Assembly (NCBI GenBank): GCA_020249435.1
Contig: JADCFQ010000020.1
Coordinates: 20,522-84,521 of the forward strand
Length of the DNA: 64,000 nucleotides
Source of the DNA: Roseomonas sp.
GTDB taxonomy: Bacteria; Pseudomonadota; Alphaproteobacteria; Acetobacterales; Acetobacteraceae
Reading direction: 5' to 3'
This document shows positions 57,358-64,000 of this stretch, one piece after another (the first letter of the stretch is position 1; each line of letters starts with the position of its first letter). Position numbers and translations under genes: made by a program. The notes beneath the pieces were generated by a model. That model ran no database searches. It saw only the letters and a list, made by a program, of their open reading frames with translations, and had not been told where the DNA came from.

Positions 57358-58263
57358 TTACAAATCCTGCATCACCGCGGCAATCGCGGGTGCGAGGGCG
57401 CGGAATTCTTCGGCCCTTGGGCTGCGCGCGCGCCAAGCAAGGCCGATGCGCCGGCTGGTCCCGTTTTCCAGCGGGCGCGTCACCAGCCCGGTCCCTACGA
57501 GCACGCCACCGGCCACGGCCAGGCGCGGCAATAGCGTAATTCCAAGCCCGCTCGCGGCCATTTGCACAAGTGTGTGGAGCGAGGTTGCGGAAAATTCCTC
57601 CGCCGCCAAAGCTCCGGAAAGCCCGCAGGCGGAAAGCGCATGATCGCGGAGGCAATGGCCATCCTGCAGCAGCAAAAGTTTTTCATCCATCAGCACCTTT
57701 GGCGCAATACTGGTGCGCGCGGCCAAAGGGTGATCTTCCGGGCAGGCCAGCAGAAACGGGTCTTCGGCGATGCTGAGTGTCTCCGCTGCCCCGCAATCGC
57801 AGGGGAGTGCCAATAGCAGCAGATCAAGCCGGCCGGATTCCAAAGCCTCCACCAGCCTTTCGGTCAAATCCTCACGCAACCAAGGACGCAGGCGCGGGAA
57901 ATCGGCGCGCAGTCGGGGCATCAGGCGGGGCAGCAGAAAGGGGCTGATGGTTGGGATCACACCGAGGCGGATCGGTCCCGAAAGTGGTTCCCGCGCGGCG
58001 GTCGCGGTTTCCACGCAGCTATTGAGCGCTGCCAATGCAACGCGCGCGCGCTGGATCAGTTCCGCCCCCAGCGGCGTGAAGACGGGCTTCTTGGCGCCGG
58101 TCCGTTCCAGGATCGCGGCATCCAATTGGCGTTCGAGTGCGATCATGCCCGCCGAAAGCGTGGATTGCGTGACGCCACAGGCCGAAGCGGCACGGCCAAA
58201 ATGCTCATATTCGGCGAGTGCCACCAGATAGCGAAGCTGTTGCGGCGTAGGCAGCGCGATCAT
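57358..58263 (-). CDS. oxyR: OxyR (hydrogen-peroxide-inducible LysR regulator)
   Basis: LysR HTH; redox cysteine pair GHCLRDHALSAC; ATSLHTLVQM.ASG.GITLLP. Confidence 0.88.
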   Translation of the reverse strand: MIALPTPQQLRYLVALAEYEHFGRAASACGVTQSTLSAGMIALERQLDAAILERTGAKKPVFTPLGAELIQRARVALAALNSCVETATAAREPLSGPIRLGVIPTISPFLLPRLMPRLRADFPRLRPWLREDLTERLVEALESGRLDLLLLALPCDCGAAETLSIAEDPFLLACPEDHPLAARTSIAPKVLMDEKLLLLQDGHCLRDHALSACGLSGALAAEEFSATSLHTLVQMAASGLGITLLPRLAVAGGVLVGTGLVTRPLENGTSRRIGLAWRARSPRAEEFRALAPAIAAVMQDL

Positions 58264-58293
58264 CGAATATTCCGATTTATAATCAAAGCTTAT
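58262..58293. promoter_or_regulatory. Tandem LysR-type (T-N11-A) dyads over the oxyR start; probable autoregulatory site
   Basis: ATCG-N7-CGAT (58262-58276) and ATAA-N7-TTAT (58279-58293). Confidence 0.55.
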
Positions 58294-58388
58294 CTGGCGG
58301 TACTAGCCATGCGCAAGTCACTGACGAAAGCCCCCTGCCCCAAAATGCCTTGGACAGTCTGATGAGGGCGCCGTCGTCGCACGCGTGG

Positions 58389-58748
58389 TCAACGACGTAC
58401 CCAGCGTTCCTGGCCAAGCCTGGTCCCGCCGGCATAGGTCCAGATACCGGACCAGACACCATTTTCATTGACAAGCAGAACGAGCCCGGTGTCGTTGCCT
58501 GACCGATAGCTGACCGTGATAAAAGCATCATCGCCAATGCCGGTGCCAAGATAACGCTGCCCGTCAATCACCCAGGTAACGCGCAGCGTATCGCCTGTCG
58601 GCACGACCTCGACCGTGCCGCTATAGGCCCCTCCGTCTGGGGTGCGGCCTTCCACATTGTAGCGGCCAACAACGCTTTTCTGCGCCGCAGCGCCGCCCCC
58701 GAGCGCCATAAGAATGGGCAACGCCAGCAGCAAGCGTTTCTTGATCAT
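58389..58748 (-). CDS. Hypothetical secreted small beta-barrel protein
   Basis: Signal peptide followed by alternating beta-strand pattern (GRYNVEG..YSGTVEV..VTW..YLGTG..WSGIW). Confidence 0.7.
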   Translation of the reverse strand: MIKKRLLLALPILMALGGGAAAQKSVVGRYNVEGRTPDGGAYSGTVEVVPTGDTLRVTWVIDGQRYLGTGIGDDAFITVSYRSGNDTGLVLLVNENGVWSGIWTYAGGTRLGQERWVRR

Positions 58749-58821
58749 CGGGTCGCTCCTGTTTTCCTGCCATCAGAGATAAGCGTCCCAAGCTGTCGGG
58801 CAAGCCGCGATGGAGCGCGAT

Positions 58822-60063
58822 TCAATACCGCCCCGGAGCATAGGGCTTGGGGTCAATGAAGGGCGCTTCGCCCATCATCATCTCCGCGACCAGCCGCCCG
58901 GTCGTCGGGCCCAGCGTAAAGCCCTGATGCGCGTGGCCAAAGGCGCACCAGGCGCCTGCATGCCCGGGCAGGGGGCCAATGATCGGCAGCATATCGGGCG
59001 TACACGGCCTGACCCCCATCCAAGGATCATCTTCCACCGCCTCCGCCAGGGGCAGTAGCTTCCGCGCGAGTGGTTCCGCGCGGGCCAATTGCACCGGGGT
59101 TTTCGGTGCGTCATCGGGTGCGAATTCAGCGCCCGTTGTCAGCCTGACACCGGCGCGCATCGGCACCAGCACAAAGCCGCTATCGGCATCCAGAAAACCG
59201 TGATTGAGCACCGCATTGCCCTGCATGCGGTAATGGCGGTGATAGCCGCGCTTGCCGAAAAGCGGCGGCGCATAGCCGAAGCGGCGCGTGAGTTTTGCGG
59301 AAGCGGAGCCAAGCGCCACGACAATCTGTTCTGCTTCCCGCGCGCCATCTGCGCTTTGCACGCGCCAGTCTGCGCCATGGCGTTCCAGGCTCATGGCATC
59401 GCCGCGCAGAATTTGCCCGCCGGCTTCGGTGAAGCGCTTGGCATAGAATAGCGTCAGCGCCTGCGGGTCACTCACCGAAAGCGGATCGGTCCAATGAATG
59501 GCGCCAAGGCGCTTCACCAGCAAATGGGGTTCAGCCGCCGCAAGCCCAGCTTGATCGAGCAGCGCGTAATTCACGCCCTGTTCGCGCTTCAGCATTTCGG
59601 CTTCGGCAATGGCAGCGTTCAAGGCTGTTTGGTTGTTGTAAAGCCGCATCCAGCCAATCGGGCGGAGCAGCGCTTCGGCCTCGGTCCCGCGTGTGAGCGC
59701 CATATGTTCATCAATGCAGGTCACGATCAGCCGCGCATAGGCTTCCGCAATGGGCCGATAGCGTGATGGCGCTGAATGCCACCAATATTTGAACAAGGGC
59801 GCGGCAAGATTAAGCAGCGCGGATGGATGATAGGAAGCATCCACCGATCGGTTCTGCGCCATGCGCCAAAGTGTTGCGATATCGCGCGGGAAGGGGTGCG
59901 GATAGACGGCTTCGCGCTGGATCAAGCCTGCGTTGCCAAAGGATGCGCCTTCGCCAGGCGGCGCGCGGTCCAGCACCACCACCTGCGCGCCACGGCGTTG
60001 CAAATGCAGAGCGATGGAAACGCCGACCATGCCGGCGCCCAGCACGATCACGGATCGTGACAT
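58822..60063 (-). CDS. FAD-dependent D-amino-acid dehydrogenase (DadA-like)
   Basis: VLGAGMVG, ASFGNAG, GKRGYH, WMGVRPCTPDMLPIIG, GHAHQGFTLGP.TG. Confidence 0.9.
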   Translation of the reverse strand: MSRSVIVLGAGMVGVSIALHLQRRGAQVVVLDRAPPGEGASFGNAGLIQREAVYPHPFPRDIATLWRMAQNRSVDASYHPSALLNLAAPLFKYWWHSAPSRYRPIAEAYARLIVTCIDEHMALTRGTEAEALLRPIGWMRLYNNQTALNAAIAEAEMLKREQGVNYALLDQAGLAAAEPHLLVKRLGAIHWTDPLSVSDPQALTLFYAKRFTEAGGQILRGDAMSLERHGADWRVQSADGAREAEQIVVALGSASAKLTRRFGYAPPLFGKRGYHRHYRMQGNAVLNHGFLDADSGFVLVPMRAGVRLTTGAEFAPDDAPKTPVQLARAEPLARKLLPLAEAVEDDPWMGVRPCTPDMLPIIGPLPGHAGAWCAFGHAHQGFTLGPTTGRLVAEMMMGEAPFIDPKPYAPGRY

Positions 60064-60102
60064 TCTTCTTCTTCCTGTCTCACGCGCCCCGGCGCTTCAT
60101 GA

Positions 60103-60471
60103 TCACACGTCCTTAGTCTCAAATTCCGCCGGACCCGTGATTTCGATCAATTCCAGATCTTCCGAATGCGCGACTTCGCGATGCTTCACCAAGGGCGGCT
60201 GATAGCAGCTATCGCCGGCGCGAAATTCCTTGACGCCAATATCCTCATATTCAAAGCGCACCCAGCCCTTCAGCACATAGAACATCTGAAACTTCAGATT
60301 ATGCGTGTGCCATTGCCCGGTGGCATGGGCGCCCGGAATGGCGCGAATGACATGCGCGCCAAAGGCGCCATCAGTGGCACCCTTGATGCCAAGATCACGA
60401 TATTCGAAAAACGGGCGCAGCCCGCGGATGAATTCGGAACCTTCGGCATGGCTGGTGGTTGTGGTGGTCAT
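60103..60471 (-). CDS. Cupin domain protein
   Basis: WHTHNL.FQMFYVLKGW.RFEY, GDSCYQPP..KHRE. Confidence 0.85.
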   Translation of the reverse strand: MTTTTTSHAEGSEFIRGLRPFFEYRDLGIKGATDGAFGAHVIRAIPGAHATGQWHTHNLKFQMFYVLKGWVRFEYEDIGVKEFRAGDSCYQPPLVKHREVAHSEDLELIEITGPAEFETKDV

Positions 60472-60484
60472 GGCTTGTGATCCT

Positions 60485-61111
60485 TCAAGCAAGCGGCAGC
60501 GCCACATGGCGCGTAAAGCCGGGACGTGTCAGCAGCGTATCATAATAGCGGCGGAGATTTGGCAGGTTCGGACGTTCGATGGGCAGCACATGCCAGCGAT
60601 GCACCCAGCAACCGAGTGTCAGGTCGGCCAGCGTCAGCGCATTGCCACACAAAAAGCGCTGCCCTTCGAGTTTCTTTTCAATGATGCTCCAAAGTCGGCC
60701 CGCCTCATCGCGCGCCTTGGCTTCCGCCTTCCAATCGCGTTCCGGTTCCGGCAGGCGCACATGGGTGAAGAAAATCGTCACCATCGGCGCCGTCAGATGC
60801 CCAAGCGTCCAATCCATCCAGGTTTCAACCGCCGCCCTTTGGCGCGGATTGCGCGGATAAATCGGGCTATCCGGCGCTTCGGTGTTGCACAAATACCGGC
60901 AAATCGTGTTGCTTTCCCACAGCGCCCAGCCATCTTCTTCCTGCAAGGTCGGCACCAGGCCCATCGGGTTCATGGCGCGGTATTCCGGTTCCTTGGTGCG
61001 GCCAAAGGCGCCGCCGGCATCTATCCTTTCATAGGACAGGCCGAGCTCTTCCATCAGCCACAGCACCTTCATCACATTGCTGGAACTGGTCCGGCCCCAA
61101 AGCTTGCGCAT
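60485..61111 (-). CDS. Glutathione S-transferase (GstB-like)
   Basis: WGRTSSSNVMKV, NPMGLVPTL, WESNTICRYL, LTLADL. Confidence 0.92.
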   Translation of the reverse strand: MRKLWGRTSSSNVMKVLWLMEELGLSYERIDAGGAFGRTKEPEYRAMNPMGLVPTLQEEDGWALWESNTICRYLCNTEAPDSPIYPRNPRQRAAVETWMDWTLGHLTAPMVTIFFTHVRLPEPERDWKAEAKARDEAGRLWSIIEKKLEGQRFLCGNALTLADLTLGCWVHRWHVLPIERPNLPNLRRYYDTLLTRPGFTRHVALPLA

Positions 61112-61201
61112 GGCTTTTCTCCCTTGCCTTGCATCAGCCTAAAGCCCTCAGCGAGACGGGTCCAGTTGCAAGCGCCGCCGCGGCGCGCAATCTCTCTCCC
61201 C

Positions 61202-61678
61202 ATGAAGCGCGCTTTGATCATCCTGGCCCTGGCCACCGCCGCACCGCTCTTGGCCCAGGCCAGCGAGACCTGGCTTGGGCTCGCGCCATGCGAGCTGTGC
61301 CTGTGGCAGCGCCTTCCCTATTGGGCGGTGGCGGGTCTGGCGGCTTTGGCCCTGGCGCTGCCGCGTTTCGCTGGGGTGCTGCTCAGCCTGGCGGGCTTGG
61401 CCGCCATTGCCTCCGGCCTGTTGGGCGGGTTTCATCTCGGGGTGGAGCAAGGCTTTTGGCCCTCACCGCTTGCGGGCTGCAAGGCCGCGACGGCAGGCGG
61501 GGCAATGAGCATTGAGGATATGCTGAAAAGCCTGGCCCCAACCCCGAACAAGCCCTGCGATGCGCCGGCTTTTCTGATCCCTGGCCTTCCCATTTCGATG
61601 GCGGCAATGAATATGGTGTATGGTTTGGGCCTTGGGGCGCTTTCCCTCGGCCTCGCCCGGCAAGGAGCAAGAGCATGA
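61202..61678 (+). CDS. dsbB: Disulfide bond formation protein B
   Basis: PCELCLWQR motif, TM helices, HLGVEQG.W, second Cys pair; true start 61202 within the track ORF 60305..61678. Confidence 0.88.
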   Translation: MKRALIILALATAAPLLAQASETWLGLAPCELCLWQRLPYWAVAGLAALALALPRFAGVLLSLAGLAAIASGLLGGFHLGVEQGFWPSPLAGCKAATAGGAMSIEDMLKSLAPTPNKPCDAPAFLIPGLPISMAAMNMVYGLGLGALSLGLARQGARA

Positions 61679-62229
61679 CGCAGAAAACCGCCGAATACCG
61701 CCTGCCCGGCGACCCCACGGCGCGTGAGGTGGTGGAACGCACCATCCGCGTGGATCATGCCGGCGAATATGGTGCCAAGCGCATTTATGAGGGCCAATTG
61801 GCCGTATTGGGCCGCACCAAATACGGCCCAGTGATCGAACATATGAAGGCGCAGGAACAGGTCCATCTGGACACCTTCTCTCGCCTGATTGGCGAACGCC
61901 ATGTGCGCCCGACGGCGCTGCTGCCCTTCTGGCATGTCGCGGGCTTCGCGCTTGGGGCGGCGACCGCGCTGCTTGGCCATCGCGGCGCGATGGCCTGCAC
62001 GGTTGCTGTCGAAGAAGCGATTGATGAGCATTACCGCGCGCAGGAAGACATGCTTGGTGATGATGAGGCGGAACTGCGCGCCGATATCGCCCGCTTCCGT
62101 GCCGAGGAGCTGGAACATCGCGATACGGGGCTGGAACACGAAGCAGAACAGGCGCCGGCCTATCGGCTGCTGAGCGCCGCAATCAAGACCGGCTGCAAAA
62201 TCGCCATCAAAATCAGTGAGCGCGTGTGA
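61675..62229 (+). CDS. coq7: Demethoxyubiquinone hydroxylase (di-iron)
   Basis: IRVDHAGEYGA..IY.GQ, QEQVHL, RPTALLPFW, VEEAIDEHY, EELEHRD. Confidence 0.92.
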   Translation: MTQKTAEYRLPGDPTAREVVERTIRVDHAGEYGAKRIYEGQLAVLGRTKYGPVIEHMKAQEQVHLDTFSRLIGERHVRPTALLPFWHVAGFALGAATALLGHRGAMACTVAVEEAIDEHYRAQEDMLGDDEAELRADIARFRAEELEHRDTGLEHEAEQAPAYRLLSAAIKTGCKIAIKISERV

Positions 62230-62996
62230 TGCGCCGCGCCGCATGCGCCCTGCTTCTTGCCTTGGCCGTACTGGGTTGTGCGGAGCGGGCTTTGCCGCCG
62301 GAAGCGCAGCCGGTGAGCCAAGCGCCCGTCCCGGATGTGACGATCACCCCGCTTTATCCCGATAGCATGCCCGGACCGCCTGGGCCGGGGGGCGTTGCCG
62401 TAGCGCCGGCCCAGCCATCGGAGAGAACGCAAGCGGTGGCGGCACGCCTGCCCCTACGCGTCGGCCCCTGGGTGCGCGCTGTCGGCCCACCCGATGAAGG
62501 CGCCATTGCGCGCAATGGGCTGAGCCAGCTTTTCGTCCGCTATACCCTGCCCGGCCAAGGAAGCTGGGCCACGGTTGCGGTGAATGATCACGGCGTGGAA
62601 GTGCCGGATGGCTTTGCCTCGGCCGCCGTAGCCGCCGGTTATGAAGCGAGCAAGGCGAGCGTACGCAACAGCGCGCCGGGCGGTGTCGCGCGCATGCGCT
62701 TGGTCTGGATTCCAGATGCACCTACGCAACGCTGCGTGACGGGCCGCGTGGTCATGCAAGGCCAGGGCACGCTGCATGTGGCGTGCTCCACCGGCGTTGC
62801 CGGACAGGAATTGCGCGTGCGCGCGACGGCGGCTTTTCGCCCCGGCGATTCCGGGCGGCTATTCGAATTGGAAGGCGAAGTGGCGCGGCTGATTGCGGAG
62901 GTAACACGCGCCGCCGCCGGGCTTCGGCCGAACCCCGGCCTGCGGTCAGACGGGCGTGTTTTTATTCCACGGTTTGGTGCTGAGGCGGTGTTGTAG
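62226..62996 (+). CDS. Hypothetical lipoprotein
   Basis: Lipobox VLG-C after a basic/hydrophobic leader; overlaps the coq7 stop. Confidence 0.65.
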   Translation: MMRRAACALLLALAVLGCAERALPPEAQPVSQAPVPDVTITPLYPDSMPGPPGPGGVAVAPAQPSERTQAVAARLPLRVGPWVRAVGPPDEGAIARNGLSQLFVRYTLPGQGSWATVAVNDHGVEVPDGFASAAVAAGYEASKASVRNSAPGGVARMRLVWIPDAPTQRCVTGRVVMQGQGTLHVACSTGVAGQELRVRATAAFRPGDSGRLFELEGEVARLIAEVTRAAAGLRPNPGLRSDGRVFIPRFGAEAVL

Positions 62997-63004
62997 CGGG
63001 GGCT

Positions 63005-63640
63005 TTAGCCGCCACGCTGCATCAGGGCCGCCACATCGCGATCCCGCGCATCTTCGCTATTACCCAAGCCTTCCACCACGCCATGCCTATCCTGTTCCGG
63101 ACGGTTCTGGCTGAGTTTGCGCTTGCCGATCAGCGTTGCGATTTCCATGCGCAGCCCGACAATGCCCTTGAGCTGCGAGGCAATGAAATCCCCCGGCGCA
63201 TCATCCACTGCCCATGGCGTGGCGCGCGGCGCTTCGTGGTGATTGGTCAGCCGATCCACCAGCGCATGCAACCGCGCGGCATCCTCAAACACCTCAACCA
63301 CGCCAATGGCATGCACGGCCACATAATTCCAGGTCGGCACAACCTTCCCGTGTTCCTTCTTGGAGGCATAAAAGGATGGCGAGACATAAGCCTCCGGCCC
63401 CATGAAAATGGCGCGCGCACGGCCTGCGGCGGCAAGCGCGCGCCAGTGAGGGTTGGCCTTGGCCAGATGGCCGTAGAGCGTGCCATGCGGCCCTTCACCG
63501 GCGGCGAATTGCAGTGGCAAATGGGTCGCTTCCGGCACGCCATCTGCCCCCGCGCTCACCAGGATCGCAAGCCGCGCCTCACGCAGAATGGCGTGCAGGA
63601 TTTCGGGGCGGTCTTCGCGAAACAAGGGCGGGTTATACAT
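63005..63640 (-). CDS. FMN-binding negative transcriptional regulator (PaiB family)
   Basis: MYNPPLF, ATHLP, GHLAKANPHW, AYVSPSFY, VPTWNY.AVH, KRKLSQNR. Confidence 0.9.
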   Translation of the reverse strand: MYNPPLFREDRPEILHAILREARLAILVSAGADGVPEATHLPLQFAAGEGPHGTLYGHLAKANPHWRALAAAGRARAIFMGPEAYVSPSFYASKKEHGKVVPTWNYVAVHAIGVVEVFEDAARLHALVDRLTNHHEAPRATPWAVDDAPGDFIASQLKGIVGLRMEIATLIGKRKLSQNRPEQDRHGVVEGLGNSEDARDRDVAALMQRGG

Positions 63641-63700
63641 GCCGGGTCTTCTCCTGAGAGGAATGTCTGATAGCCTGTTTGGTGATTGGGAGAAAGCCAA

Positions 63701-64000
63701 ATGTTCGAAGAACTGATCCGCCTGAGCGCCACGGAAGCCGCAGCCAGGCTGAAAGCGCACGATATCACGCCGCTTGACCTGATTGACGCTGCCGAGGCGC
63801 GCATTGCCGCGGTGGATGGCGCCGTGAATGCGCTCCCCACACTCTGCCTTGATCGCGCCCGCGACCATGCCCGCGCGCTGATGGCGGGCAAGCGCCGCGA
63901 AGCGGAACATGAAGCCGGTTGGCTTGGCGGTATCCCCGTTGCCATCAAGGATCTCGCGGAAGTGGCTGGCGTGCGCACCACCTATGGCAGCCCGATCTTC
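63701..64000 (+). CDS. Amidase family protein (5' part, runs off the window)
   Basis: MFEELIRLSATEA..., VNALPT, GIPVAIKDL.EVAGVRTTYGS amidase N-terminus. Confidence 0.88.
   Translation, partial: MFEELIRLSATEAAARLKAHDITPLDLIDAAEARIAAVDGAVNALPTLCLDRARDHARALMAGKRREAEHEAGWLGGIPVAIKDLAEVAGVRTTYGSPIF

Noticed and set aside
60305-61201. 299-aa N-terminal extension of dsbB in the ORF track
   Set aside because: Antisense shadow of the GST and cupin genes; DsbB homology starts at ATG 61202.

Overview
High-GC alphaproteobacterial chromosome segment; gene content and style suggest Acetobacteraceae (Roseomonas-like), which is an inference. It is mostly housekeeping and catabolic genes: two ABC importers, a MacAB-like exporter, glcDE, cysD-cysNC, several acyl-CoA enzymes, a class I lysS / shortened mprF-like / ugd / phosphomutase run, asd, a DinG helicase, tRNA-Phe, ndh, rpmJ (absent from the ORF track), oxyR, dsbB and coq7. 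The stand-out feature is a 3,904-bp element integrated in the 3' end of tRNA-Phe and bounded by a perfect 22-bp direct repeat (49644-49665 / 53548-53569). It encodes only a P4-type tyrosine integrase, an Xis/AlpA-like HTH protein, a 25-aa hydrophobic peptide, an HTH replication-initiator-like protein whose gene contains four 23-bp iteron-like repeats, and a helicase-loader-like protein. No capsid, terminase or primase gene is present, so it is a candidate minimalist phage satellite with a lambda-O/P-style replicon. Other observations are a two-hairpin intergenic repeat element, a MacA-like adaptor with an LTxxQ (Spy/CpxP-like) insertion, an MprF-like protein lacking about half of its synthase domain, and a probable CTG-initiated secreted protein. 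Family assignments come from recognised motifs only; no database searches were run.
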